Below are positions 1 through 10,400 of a DNA stretch of 37,269 nucleotides, piece after piece (within the stretch, counting starts at the first letter, position 1; every line of letters starts with the position of its first letter). Where the stretch lies: positions 1 through 37,269 of the forward strand of contig NW_013546356.1 in the NCBI RefSeq assembly GCF_000760515.2, given 5' to 3'. A program made the translations under genes and the position numbers. Below the pieces are notes generated by a model. It worked only from the letters and a program-made list of their open reading frames with translations, was not told the DNA's origin and ran no database searches. This DNA is from Mitosporidium daphniae (lineage: Eukaryota).

Positions 1-1137
1 ATTGATCGAATATTTTTTATCTTGTTTGGATTGCTGTAGTAAAAGAAACGGAATGACTTCTCCTGGTGAGCAGGCCACAGAATAAGTAAGTTGTTTAGAT
101 TGGTTAGGATCTTTTTTGAGGTAGATTTTTCCAATCATAAAGGATAGGATGATAAGAAAAACAAGCCGCTCAACAATGGTAATATAGTGCTTCAGGCAGC
201 CGATGATCCATGAAAACCGCCCACTATTCTCCTGATTGTCAGAGAAGTTTTCTATTTGAAACGACAAAAAATATTCGATCAATTCTGGCCGGGAAATGCG
301 GAATCCCCCACTGGACCAGATATCTATAATGGGGAAAAACAAGAGCCTCGATATGCCATACAAGTTTATAAGAATAAATGTTGATGATGAAAATATGCCC
401 CCAGAACTTATGTCAAATGCAGTTAGCATGGTGGCCCTTAATGACGACAGAGTGATAAAGTATGCAGAGTTCAATATGGAAAAAGAGAAAAATTGCGTGG
501 TGCTAATTCTTATGTAGGATTTCATCTCCTCCATCAGCGTAAAGTAGATGAACGGATAATGCCGCGAAAATAAATTTCTATAATCCAATAAAGGAGGCCT
601 GTCGTTGCTGATGAAAGAACCGTCGCTCATTGAAAGCGCGCCAGCTGCTGAAATATCCTTTCCATTAAACGTGTGATTTCCCAAGAAATTGCTTATCGAT
701 TTCAGAAGAGAGAGCTTGATCCCAGATTCGTGAGCGCTCAATGGGACCTTATATTGGTTGTATGCAGAATTGATGTAGTCCATATTTGAAGAGGTTCCAT
801 TGCAGACGATGACCTGGTTGAAGAGCTTGGTCCACGAAATGGGCGAGAGCTCATAATAGTATATGTACATTCCTAGGGCGCCAAGCAATATCAAGCTGAC
901 AGAGTACAGAATGGTGAAAATGTGTGCCAAAACAGATGGATTTGACCCCGATAAGAAGTTAAAAGACTGCCTGGGGGTGGATGATCTTGTCGATGTTATG
1001 TACAAGAACAAATATGAAAAGGTTAAAAGGAAAAGCACAATGCCGACGACGAAGGTTGATGTGTAAATGTAGTTAGAACTATGAATGTGGTATTGCTGCA
1101 GCTGAGCATAGCTCAAAAGTACGGGACTCCACGCCAT
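1..1137 (-). CDS. Hypothetical multi-pass membrane protein, 3'-truncated by the window edge (absent from the ORF track)
   Basis: ATG at 1137 opens a stop-free minus-strand frame of 379 codons to position 1 (MAWSPVLLSYAQLQQYHIHSSNYIYTSTFVVGIVLFLLTFSYLFLY...). It has several hydrophobic segments and a CCCCC motif just upstream of the ATG. Confidence 0.8.
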   Translation of the reverse strand, partial: MAWSPVLLSYAQLQQYHIHSSNYIYTSTFVVGIVLFLLTFSYLFLYITSTRSSTPRQSFNFLSGSNPSVLAHIFTILYSVSLILLGALGMYIYYYELSPISWTKLFNQVIVCNGTSSNMDYINSAYNQYKVPLSAHESGIKLSLLKSISNFLGNHTFNGKDISAAGALSMSDGSFISNDRPPLLDYRNLFSRHYPFIYFTLMEEMKSYIRISTTQFFSFSILNSAYFITLSSLRATMLTAFDISSGGIFSSSTFILINLYGISRLLFFPIIDIWSSGGFRISRPELIEYFLSFQIENFSDNQENSGRFSWIIGCLKHYITIVERLVFLIILSFMIGKIYLKKDPNQSKQLTYSVACSPGEVIPFLLLQQSKQDKKYSIN

Positions 1138-1256
1138 GGCTGTGGTAAAACGGGGGATGGCTAACGTTTACAACCATATAAGCTAATAGAAGCGCAGATT
1201 AATCCCAAATGGTCCGTAAAGTTTCAGGTTGCTTTTAATTTTTAAAACCCCCGTTA

Positions 1257-3179
1257 ATGAAGAGACCCCAGCAAAATTTCGACACCGCTGCAGAAAAGGG
1301 ATCTGATTACGATCTCTTCAAGCGGAACATCACGAATGGATCGAATAGTGAAAAATTGCTGGCCCTCTCGATGGTCCCGTTTTTGGTTGATCAGCACACC
1401 ACCTTTTCTGCCATTATGAAATGCCTACCGGAAAATATATTGGCGATTCTTTTGGAAATCTTTAAGGCAACAACGACGCAACTTGAAAACGAAATTGTGG
1501 CAGGAAATATTTCGCACCACAAGGACAGCACTGTTGATTTTTCGCTTCCAAACGAAGCCCTTGATGCGTTGTCCTCTTTGCTTTTGGTTGAGGATTTCTT
1601 TACTTTGCCAAAGGAAGTTAATGAACTATGCTCCATACTATCCGAAAACCTCAAAATAATGGAGTTGATGACGTCTTTAGATGCCACCACATTTCAACCG
1701 TTTGAATACGAGTGGATGTCCTTTCAGCTTGCACTATTTAAAATTTTGAATTCGCACGAAAATCCGGCTCTGACCGAATTTTTGAAAAGCCAGCTTACCA
1801 CTATTGTCAAATATTTGAAGCGACAGCTTTGCTTGAAAGAAAATCCGCAAGATTCTAAATACACCGCATATTTGTTGCTTCTGAACCTGATTACTTTTTC
1901 AATTAAGAACACTTGCTTGGCATCTGAATTTTTGAATCTTGAAATTGAAGCCGAAATACTTGCACTGCTGAATCGATTTGCCGATGGTATTTATTTGATT
2001 TTTTTTTCAATAGTGTTGCTTGCGTTGAAAACTAGCGATCTCGCCATAGGCGCGAGCTTTTCTTTGTTCCTAAATGCTCTTTTCGAAGGCACGCCCAAAG
2101 AGCTGTCTTCAACGTCAAAAGACGATATTCTTTCTCATCAGGTAAGTGCAATAGCAATTATTTATTGCCAGATGTGTTGTTTATTATTGCTTGAATTTTT
2201 TGATTTGGCTCTAAAGGAGTTGAGCTTATCTTGCTCAAGCAGCGAAGGCGTAGGCGCGCCCTTGGAACAACAGTCAAATTGCAACAAAAATTTCGAGTGT
2301 GACATGGAAAAACTTTTTTCTGATAATGACGGTGAACTGGTGAGAGATATTGAGGGCCTGAGTGTTTCATTGTCAGCATGTCCCCTGCCATCGATGTCTA
2401 GATTGAACACCATTTTTGAGCGTGTCATTCAAGAAAACAGTTTACTTCTTCAAAGCATACTAATCCGGTTTCTAACAAACATCTCCCAACTGTGCATTGT
2501 TGAAGAGAAATGTGACGACAAGCCTCAAGAATCCAATTTTCCCTCGCTTTTTGAAAAGATTCTATCGCTCGTTGGGGTTTTATGCGAGTTTTCTCCCTTT
2601 TTAGATGCTCTCCACGTCCTGTCCGTTGAATTGAAGAAGATTCCCGAATTTTCGGCGGAAGACCTATTTTCGCTGTTCAAAGTTTCCCTGGTTTCGGAGT
2701 CACCCGTGTTTAATGACGAGTGTCTTGCTGTGTTGAAAAGAAACATTACCCTGATCGACCTTTCCCATTCTTCGTCGGCTTTATCGACGACAACAATATT
2801 CGAGTTTCTAAACGCCGCTCTTTCAAGATTTAATTCTGGTAACCTGAACACTCAATCAATACTTTTGATCACCAAATTTTTATTGCTCGTTTTAAAGTTT
2901 ATGAAGCTTGAGAATTTGGCCACTGCCAATGAGGCCGTTCTTTACACCCTGGACATAGCATTTGATGTCATCGGCTCCGATCTGGTATTTAACACTTTGA
3001 AGCAAAACAATTATATCGCAACCGTAACAGCTACCATGAATGCGTTGCTGCTCGAAATGAAACCGCTGCTGGGATCTTCCGGCGGTAAAGCAAGAATCCA
3101 TCCTCAACACCACAAGGAGCAATTGAGGGTAACTCTGCTCAATTTGAAAAGATTTATTTCTTATTTATCCCAAACTTAA
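1257..3179 (+). CDS. ARM/HEAT-repeat protein, probably Syo1/HEATR3 (Rpl5/Rpl11 symportin)
   Basis: 640-aa Leu-rich helical ORF. C-terminal LLNLKRFISY resembles the NLxRFIxY end of Syo1/HEATR3, and there is an acidic internal stretch. AT-rich + CCCCC precedes the ATG. Confidence 0.55.
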   Translation: MKRPQQNFDTAAEKGSDYDLFKRNITNGSNSEKLLALSMVPFLVDQHTTFSAIMKCLPENILAILLEIFKATTTQLENEIVAGNISHHKDSTVDFSLPNEALDALSSLLLVEDFFTLPKEVNELCSILSENLKIMELMTSLDATTFQPFEYEWMSFQLALFKILNSHENPALTEFLKSQLTTIVKYLKRQLCLKENPQDSKYTAYLLLLNLITFSIKNTCLASEFLNLEIEAEILALLNRFADGIYLIFFSIVLLALKTSDLAIGASFSLFLNALFEGTPKELSSTSKDDILSHQVSAIAIIYCQMCCLLLLEFFDLALKELSLSCSSSEGVGAPLEQQSNCNKNFECDMEKLFSDNDGELVRDIEGLSVSLSACPLPSMSRLNTIFERVIQENSLLLQSILIRFLTNISQLCIVEEKCDDKPQESNFPSLFEKILSLVGVLCEFSPFLDALHVLSVELKKIPEFSAEDLFSLFKVSLVSESPVFNDECLAVLKRNITLIDLSHSSSALSTTTIFEFLNAALSRFNSGNLNTQSILLITKFLLLVLKFMKLENLATANEAVLYTLDIAFDVIGSDLVFNTLKQNNYIATVTATMNALLLEMKPLLGSSGGKARIHPQHHKEQLRVTLLNLKRFISYLSQT

Positions 3180-3197
3180 TAAATTAAAGTGTACTTA

Positions 3198-4188
3198 TCA
3201 TTTGGGAGATAGATTGATCTCTTGTCTATTCGGATATATCAATGTGTTTTCAAGCGACTGTTTTATCGCCCATTCTATCATTTGCGCTATTTTGCCATTG
3301 TTTTTGAGCGCCGTTTTTTGGCCCGTATCGTCCCCAATTGCCGACAAAACATGCAACCTCAGGATGAAATTCGGATGCAATGAAATGGCGGCGATGGCGG
3401 GCGAGGCCGATCCCAAGCTTTCCCTTCTAAACAATCGCAGGAAGACCTAGGGTTAAAACAAGGCCTTACATATCCAGATATTTTGTCAATATGAATGCCC
3501 AACCCCAGTGGAAGGGTAAGTAGAATTGCGTTTTTGAATGGAAGTACGGCATCTGCGCCCAGAAGAAATGTCCCCATGTTATCCCAGTGCAGATGAAATC
3601 GAATGGAGATGTCGGAGAGGTCATTTGAAAATCGTTCGTGATACACATCGGTTATCGTCGGGTGCGACAGCGTTCCTTTTTCTCTTATCCCCCCCAATAT
3701 AAAATCAAACTCGCACACCTTCTACAATAAACGGATAAACCAAGCCTGCTTACCAAAAACGCAGGTGCAGCGTCAAAAAGCGATTTCTCGATGCCTTCTT
3801 TTATGCTGTTGTGCATCGATTCCGAAGTAGAATAGTAGAAAAAAGCGGTTTGGATCGCCTCGTTGATCCAGATTGTATCGTCAAACCCTGTAAGAAAAGA
3901 CCTATACTCGTCTCGTCGCTGGTGTAAATCAACAACCTTGTTGGTGATGTGAGAGTGTTTCTCATTTTCGGCTGGCGATTTGTATATTTTCAAAAANAAT
4001 TCAGACAATTCCTCAAATGCACCCACTTTGCTGCCATCTTTGGCGAAAGATGGAGAGCACTTTTGTGATGGGGAAGGCGATGGTGGCCTTTTAACCCTTG
4101 GAAATGATCTTTGCAGAATTAGTACGACCAACAAAAACAGTACCACCTCGCCGACAAAAAATCCATAAAGAAACTGAAGCGAAATCAT
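3198..4188 (-). CDS. MMM1: ERMES subunit Mmm1 (N-terminal TM + SMP domain)
   Basis: join(3754..4188,3470..3721,3198..3446); GT-AG introns of 32 nt (3722-3753) and 23 nt (3447-3469). TM FLYGFFVGEVVLF, SMP start WINEAIQ, and C-terminal KIAQMIEWAIKQSLENTLIYP match Mmm1. Confidence 0.75.
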
Positions 4189-4271
4189 GGAGTGGAAGAT
4201 TTCAGCAGCAAGTGGGGGGGGGTTGAATTATTTCCGAATTAAAATGAAAGCTGATTTTAAAGTTGTATTTG

Positions 4272-5609
4272 TTAATACTCGTCCACCATAAAGTCACCAG
4301 AGTCCGTAGCAAGCTGCTCATAATCTTTTTCTAGAGCTGCTAGATCTTCCCTGGCCTCGGAAAACTCACCCTCCTCCATACCCTCTCCCACGTACCAATG
4401 GACAAATGCACGCTTGGCATACATCAGATCGAACTTGTGATCCAGACGGGCCCAGGCCTCAGCAATGGCAGTGGTGTTGGAAAGCATACAAACGGCACGG
4501 TTTACCTTGGCCAAGTCGCCATCTGGAACGGCAGTTGGAGGCTGGTAGTTGATGCCGACTTTGAAGCCTGTGGGACACCAATCGACAAACTGGACTGTTC
4601 TTTTGGCCTTAATGGTGGCAATGGAGGCCGAAACGTCTTTCGGGACAACATCCCCTCGGTAAAGCAGACAACACGCCATGTATTTGCCGTGTCTGGGGTC
4701 GCATTTAACCATCTGGTTATTGGGGTCAAAGCAGGCAGACGTAATCTCCAAGACAGAATGCTGTTCATGCGTGGATTTGGCGGTAGAAATCACAGGGGCA
4801 TAGGTAACAAGTGGAAAATGAATTCTTGGATATGGGACCAGATTGGTTTGGAATTCGGTCAGATCCACGTTAAGGGAGCCGTCAAATCTAAGAGACGCCG
4901 TGATGGAAGAAACCACCTGGGCAATCAGGCGATTTAGGTTCGTATACGACGGGCGTTCAATGTCCAAATTCTTCCGGCAAATATCATAAATTGCTTCATT
5001 ATCAACCATAAAGGCGCAGTCCGAGTGCTCCAGGGTGGTATGTGTGGTTAAAATGGAGTTGTATGGCTCCACTACGGCACTTGACAGTTGAGGAGCGGGG
5101 TACACCGTAAACTCGAGCTTGCTTTTTTTCCCATAATCAACGGAAAGGCGCTCCAGAAGCAAAGCTCCAAATCCAGAGCCCGTACCGCCTCCAAAAGAAT
5201 GGAAAACAAGAAAGCCTTGAAGACCAGTACAGTTGTCTGCCAACTTTCTAATCCTGTCAAGAACTGGATCAATGATTTCTTTTCCAACTGTGTAGTGACC
5301 ACGTGCGTAGTTGTTGGCGGCATCTTCCTTTCCCGTTATAAGTTGTTCCGGGTGAAACAGGTTTTTATACTTTCCAGTCCTAACTTCGTCAACCACAGAG
5401 GATTCCAGATCAACAAAAACGGTTCTCGGAACATACTTTCCGTTCGACATTTCAGAAAAAAATGTGCTAAACGACCCATCGTTCTGGGATCCCGGATTTT
5501 CGATAGTCCCGTCCGGAGTTAGGCCATGTTCAAGGCAATAGAGCTCCCAGCATGAGTTGCCAATTTGAACGCCGGCTTGTCCGACATGAATAGAAATACA
5601 TTCGCGCAT
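4272..5609 (-). CDS. TUB1: Alpha-tubulin
   Basis: [20 protein letters not shown] and [19 protein letters not shown]; intronless, 445 aa. Confidence 0.99.
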   Translation of the reverse strand: MRECISIHVGQAGVQIGNSCWELYCLEHGLTPDGTIENPGSQNDGSFSTFFSEMSNGKYVPRTVFVDLESSVVDEVRTGKYKNLFHPEQLITGKEDAANNYARGHYTVGKEIIDPVLDRIRKLADNCTGLQGFLVFHSFGGGTGSGFGALLLERLSVDYGKKSKLEFTVYPAPQLSSAVVEPYNSILTTHTTLEHSDCAFMVDNEAIYDICRKNLDIERPSYTNLNRLIAQVVSSITASLRFDGSLNVDLTEFQTNLVPYPRIHFPLVTYAPVISTAKSTHEQHSVLEITSACFDPNNQMVKCDPRHGKYMACCLLYRGDVVPKDVSASIATIKAKRTVQFVDWCPTGFKVGINYQPPTAVPDGDLAKVNRAVCMLSNTTAIAEAWARLDHKFDLMYAKRAFVHWYVGEGMEEGEFSEAREDLAALEKDYEQLATDSGDFMVDEY

Positions 5610-5773
5610 CTTTGGTGTAGAGAGACCGGTGGTGGTTGGTAAATGTTTTTTGTAATTTGGTCTTTGTGATGAAGACTAAATAAGAAAATCATCAATGCAG
5701 CCACTGATAGTGCAACACGTGAGGATTGGCGCCATTATTAAAATTAAAATTTATTTTAGCATAAAATTACACG

Positions 5774-6253
5774 TTAAAAGCCCTTTTCGGTGAAAAAGTT
5801 GCAAAGCAATCTATAATGCAGGCCTTGCACGTGGATCTGGCTCAGATCCGATCTGACAGTTATTTTTGTGCCCTTTGGTAGGATCGATGCAAGATCGTCG
5901 TATAAAGTCTAATTGGAAAGAGTGCCACACTTCAATACCTGAAAATCGCCTTGCACTTTCCGGATAATCGTGATCTTTCTTGTTCGGCCGTTTTTGTAAT
6001 CGGTGTATATTGGCAGCTGTTGGGAAAGCTTGATTCGCGGAATCAAGTATTTAAAGCACGAGTTGTGTTGCGGCGCTTGACTTTCCCTATATACGGGACT
6101 AAGGCGCTCTGGAGGATCTTTCACAAGCCGCGGAAAAGGTGTCCCCTCACATGTGTATTTCCGCAAGCATAGCGCGGACAAAGACCCCACGCCTCCATGG
6201 AGCCTAAGCAAAGAGTCCAAAAAGGACACTTTAGGAATTATTATAACGGCCAT
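5774..6253 (-). CDS. IMG2: Mitochondrial ribosomal protein Img2/mL49
   Basis: join(5939..6253,5774..5908); 30-nt intron at 5909-5938. LPIYTDYKNGRTRKITIIRKVQGD...IHVQG...FFTEKGF* is typical of mL49. Confidence 0.85.
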
Positions 6254-6270
6254 CTTTTTAAAAATTTAAA
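6254..6270. promoter_or_regulatory. 17-bp AT-rich spacer between divergent start codons (putative bidirectional initiator)
   Basis: CTTTTTAAAAATTTAAA lies between the IMG2 ATG (6253, minus) and the seipin ATG (6271, plus). Confidence 0.55.
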
Positions 6271-7268
6271 ATGTCACGTTCTCCTTTTAATTGGAGGGGG
6301 CTTGAGGGCAGCTCAAAAATTGACGAGTATCTCAACGGCATACCGGACCTGGACAGAGAGGCCATAGAATTTACCCCCGAAGATGAGGACCAGATGCTGC
6401 CCTTTATCGATGCAAATTCCCTTCAGCTTGTCGAAGGGAGAACCTTTTCATCCTTCTTCTCTCAAGGATACAGATTGGTGGGCATCATTGCCAACCGATT
6501 GTTTTGGATGCGACTGGGCCTGCTGTCTATTTCGCTGATATTTTTATTTATTTTCTCGGTGGTTTTTTATCTTTTTCTATATCAGTGGGCCGTTCCCAGA
6601 TACTTGCACTCGATTCCAGTGTTTTTAGACTATAGCCAGCAATATCCGACGGCAAACGTGTCCATTTCTTCTTTATTGAGGCCGAACCAGCGATATTCGT
6701 TTTCATTGCGACTATATGTCCCCGATTCGCCACAAAATTCGCAAATCGGAAATTTTATGGTCGACTTTTCGCTTTTCAACGCAAAAGGCACGTCGATTTT
6801 CCATTCAAAACGACCAGTAATCCCACATTGCCAATTACGTCTTTTAGAGCATCGTCCCATATGCTTCTGAGAAGCTCAAATGCGCAAAATTCATATCTAG
6901 AGTTATCCCATTCATCTTTGGCTGGAAAGAGGAAGCTCACCAACTTGTCATTGACGTGTCAGATAATGGGATTTCTAAATGCGTTCAGGTATTTTAGCAT
7001 CTTTGCAACTTGTAGTCTGCAGTCCCTTTTCTTTATGCGACTATCACAATTGGTGCACCTGACCTTCAAATATACAGTTCCAATTTGGAAATTAAGGCAA
7101 AGCTGTCCGGCATCCAGTACATATTCCCTACTCTCTTTTAGATATTTGATGTATTTTTGGTTCTTCTCCTTTGCCATATTGTTTATCCTATTGATTTGGC
7201 TCATTTCGATCGTCTTTCTCTTTTTCATCTATTTTATCTTTATTGCCGATTCCCGATTAAACCCATGA
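6271..7268 (+). CDS. Seipin (BSCL2/Sei1 family)
   Basis: Introns 6817-6847, 6989-7015 and 7117-7141 give PVFLDY...YSFSLRLYVPDSPQNSQIGNFMV...AKLSGIQYLMYFWF, with two flanking TM helices. Confidence 0.88.
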
Positions 7269-7336
7269 AAAACTACCGCGTCGGCATGTTTGTTTAGACA
7301 ATGTACCAAATACATTTATTTAGTCGATCGGTCTCA

Positions 7337-7763
7337 TCATAAGTTAACGGAGTATTGTTCATTAAATTTGTCGCGGATAGCTTGCGTAACATTTTTGATG
7401 TCCTCAAGTGCACGGCGCAGAGCTGCGATGGCGGTAATCGTTCCATTGGTTTGGATGCGAACGTGGATTTTAGATTCCGAAGGATGGGGGACAGAATATC
7501 CGCAGAACTCGATATCGCAACTACAGGTTATTAAGCAATCATTCAGTTACTTTCGCAAGATTAAATGTTTGAGAAGATTTCCAATCGTATGGTCTTCCTG
7601 CCAGATACAGAAGGTCATAGAGTATTCGGAGTCAACCGATAACTGCAAAATTATAAAAGTAAAATACCAATTCTATGGGGGCGGTGGCTCCGGCAATCGC
7701 ATAGTTGGCCAGAATTACCCTATCTGGATCAATAGACGCATTTTGAGAACTCTCTGAATTCAT
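7337..7763 (-). CDS. RPC19: RNA polymerase I/III shared subunit AC19 (Rpc19/POLR1D)
   Basis: Not in the ORF track. Introns 7643-7667 and 7521-7550 give TFCIWQEDHTIGNLLKHLILRNCDIEFCGYSVPHPSESKIHVRIQT. Confidence 0.92.
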
Positions 7764-7778
7764 AAAATTAAAAAATTT

Positions 7779-7784
7779 AAAAAA
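7779..7784 (-). terminator. Pol III oligo-T terminator of tRNA-Ile
   Basis: T6 run begins 2 nt after the tRNA discriminator base on the minus strand. Confidence 0.75.
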
Positions 7785-7785
7785 G

Positions 7786-7901
7786 TGCTCCTGGAGAGGA
7801 TCGAACTCTCGGCCTCGGCGTATCTTAACACTTTCATGCTATATGTATAACAGGATCCCTGCTTATAAGCACCGCGCTCTAACCAGCTGAGCTACAAGAG
7901 C
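7786..7901 (-). tRNA. tRNA-Ile(UAU) with a 42-nt intron (7822-7863)
   Basis: Acceptor stem GCTCTTG/CAGGAGC-A, D arm GCTCAGCTGGTTAGAGC, anticodon stem CGGTG/CGCCG with TAT at 7867-7865, intron after position 37, T loop GTTCGAT. Confidence 0.95.
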
Positions 7902-8039
7902 TATTCTTTTTTTCACATTTTTTTACATTTCAATATATTTAAAATACGAAATATTTTTATTGGATTATTGTTTCCATGTCAATGGAATTAGATTACCATT
8001 CAACGTAATTTTAACTCTTTCTTCGTTTTTCCACATTTT

Positions 8040-8603
8040 ATGACGGCTTTTTTTCCCTTTTATCTAAATCTTGAGCATCAATTTGCATCCTTAAGCAATT
8101 CTGGAATACTTCATTGCGCCCAAATTTCTACGGATCTGCTTACTGACTTGTGCGAGGTTAGTAAGAGGGACATATCCACCTACTTTGTATGCAAACAAAA
8201 GACCTTGGACTTGGCATCTGCTAGGAAATCAAGAACTCCCCATTCAGAGATTTTACATCTCAACGACAATTCATTAATGAGCAGCAACATACCATGTAGG
8301 CATCAAAGCAACGTTCGCATTGGATCTTCGTTAAATATATGTCCTGAATGCCCGGTAAAAAGGGTTTTTACATCAAGGGGCACCTTAAAGAAACATATTC
8401 AAAACTGCCACGGCAGGAAGCCACATTGCCCATACTGCAAGCAGCAGATACGAACAGACAATATGTCGCGCCATATCCGGAAATATTGCCCTAAAGCAGT
8501 CCAAATGGTCACTGTAGACGAAGAAAAGGTTCAGAAATATTTATTAGATGCAAGGCATGAAGCCGAAGTTACTATTTGTTTGAATGGCATTTCCATTTTA
8601 TAA
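8040..8603 (+). CDS. C2H2-type zinc-finger protein (5' end uncertain)
   Basis: Two fingers: CPECPVKRVFTSRGTLKKHIQNCH and CPYCKQQIRTDNMSRHIRKYC. Confidence 0.7.
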   Translation: MTAFFPFYLNLEHQFASLSNSGILHCAQISTDLLTDLCEVSKRDISTYFVCKQKTLDLASARKSRTPHSEILHLNDNSLMSSNIPCRHQSNVRIGSSLNICPECPVKRVFTSRGTLKKHIQNCHGRKPHCPYCKQQIRTDNMSRHIRKYCPKAVQMVTVDEEKVQKYLLDARHEAEVTICLNGISIL

Positions 8604-8623
8604 ATTTTTATTTTTGTATTTTT

Positions 8624-9725
8624 ATGGTGGATCAGCTGTCACACATGCCTAAAATTAGGCAGCTATTGAAGCTGTATGGTGTCAGGGCAGTTAAACAGCT
8701 AAGCCAGAATTTTATATTAGACCCGCAACTTTCAAGTAAGATGCGTGTATTTATTTGCAAAAAGAAAGGGTTGTTTCTGGATTAGGAAAAAACTTGCACT
8801 CCAATTGCATTCTCGAAGTTGGAGCTGGTATTATTAAGCTCTTACCGAGTATTAGGTCCGGGCTCGTTGACAAGGTCCATATTAGAGGAGGGCCCCCTCG
8901 CTTTGTTGGCTATTGAGAAGGATTCTCGATTTGACCCTTTTCTAATGGTATTCCATTTTGTCTTACTTTAGCCTCTGGCGTCAAAATATAAAGATAACTT
9001 TCACATTTTATTCAGCGATGCCCTTAAAGCAGAGCCGGATGGCATAATGGAAGCATTTTCTTGTGTACTAAAATCTCGAGAATTTCCTATAACAAAGTTC
9101 CAAATAATTGCAAATCTGCCGTTTTCTATCGCGACACCGCTATTGGTGAAGTGGCTCCAATGGATGGCCTTTGGTACGTATCCCTTTGCATCTGCTTCAT
9201 CTTCAATGGAGATGGTTTTGGTTGTCCAAAAGGAGGTTGCCGATGTAAGTAGCTTTGTTGTCACCATTTAGAGAATTTCATCATCTCCTGACGGGGGACA
9301 GACCACACGGATCGGGGTATTATCCCATGCACTTAGTAGGCCAGAACACCTGTTTGATATACCACGGAACCGGTTTGTCCCGTCCCCGGATGTATGCGTG
9401 ACATATTTACTTTTCGTAGGTCGATGCCGCTGTAATTAAATTTTCTCAGAAAGATACTCGTGCTTTAGAAATCCCTGTACTGTATTTATCACGGTTCTCG
9501 ACAACGATTTTTGGGCAGAAACGGAAGATCCTTCGATCTGTTCTGGAGTACCGATTGCCATTTTTACGCTGTAGGCAAGCGTTTTGTAAAGAATTGATCA
9601 GGCAGGCTTATGACCATTGCTCCATTGCTTCGGAATTGAGGCCTCAGCAACTGTCGGTGGACCAAGTGATTCAATTATCAACTTTTATTTATAACAACAA
9701 ATCGCAGTTTAATAATAAACTCTAA
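8624..9725 (+). CDS. Mitochondrial rRNA dimethyladenosine transferase, TFB1M-like (KsgA/Dim1 family)
   Basis: Introns 8736-8764, 8828-8855, 8948-8971, 9245-9271, 9392-9419 and probably 9548-9574. These give MPKIRQLLKLYGVRAVKQLSQNFILD, ILEVGAGPGSLTRSIL, AIEKDSRF, IIANLPFSIATPLL, QKEVADRI and FVPSPDVDAAVIKF. Confidence 0.88.
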
Positions 9726-9728
9726 TGA

Positions 9729-10340
9729 CTACACTGCGATCGCTTTTGCATCATGGTAGCCTGAGGAAGATGACGAAGAAGATGACGAAGAAGATGACGC
9801 TATAATATTTGCAGACGTGGAGGCCGAGGCAGGGACATCAAATTTTGGATGTGCCCATTGACAGCGCTGGCCTTCGGGGCAAAAGCCCGTTAGATAATGG
9901 AAACATGCCATTTTCTTTATATGCTTATTGCGACAAGTAGGACCATGTTTGCAAAATCCCCGAGAATACCACACGCATTCTTTTTGCTTTGTGGTGGGAT
10001 CGATATGTAGAAATAGGCACTCTGCATTTGAGCATTCTCCATACTTTGAGAAAAACCAGCACTCTGGCATCTTTTTGAGGTTGTACTCGTGCAGATATTC
10101 GCAAAGGTCTCCCTTTTTACATAGCCCGCGAAGCCAATGCTTGCACAAAAGCGCCTTATCGGATTTTCCATGGTTCATCGGACACGAGTTACCACGCTGA
10201 CACGTGCCTCGCAGGAAAAACTTGCAAATTTCGGCTTTCCGTGGCCGAGCAGATGGGTCCAAACAAAAGTCCAACTTTTCGGCCAAGTAAGGCTCAAAAT
10301 CAAACGAGAGGGCTTTACAGTCAGCCCCGTCAATGAGCAT
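9729..10340 (-). CDS. YTH1: mRNA 3'-end processing factor Yth1/CPSF30
   Basis: Five CCCH fingers, including CKHWLRGLCKKGDLCEYLHEYNLKKMPEC. Confidence 0.96.
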   Translation of the reverse strand: MLIDGADCKALSFDFEPYLAEKLDFCLDPSARPRKAEICKFFLRGTCQRGNSCPMNHGKSDKALLCKHWLRGLCKKGDLCEYLHEYNLKKMPECWFFSKYGECSNAECLFLHIDPTTKQKECVWYSRGFCKHGPTCRNKHIKKMACFHYLTGFCPEGQRCQWAHPKFDVPASASTSANIIASSSSSSSSSSSSGYHDAKAIAV

Positions 10341-10400
10341 TGGTGAGCGGGGGGGGAGGTATTTAAAAATTTGGGGTTAAAATTTTACTTTTCAACTGGA
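10341..10400. promoter_or_regulatory. Bidirectional promoter: central AT tract flanked by G/C runs
   Basis: G-run, then TATTTAAAAATTT, then GGGG in the 60 nt between the divergent YTH1 and TFA2 ATGs. This resembles the microsporidian AAATTT + CCC/GGG signals. Confidence 0.55.

Noticed and set aside
3997..3997. Ambiguous base N in MMM1
   Set aside because: Assembly ambiguity; the frame is preserved on both sides.
7290..7757. 155-aa + strand ORF
   Set aside because: Antisense to the spliced RPC19 gene, which has clear family motifs; it also starts at TTG.
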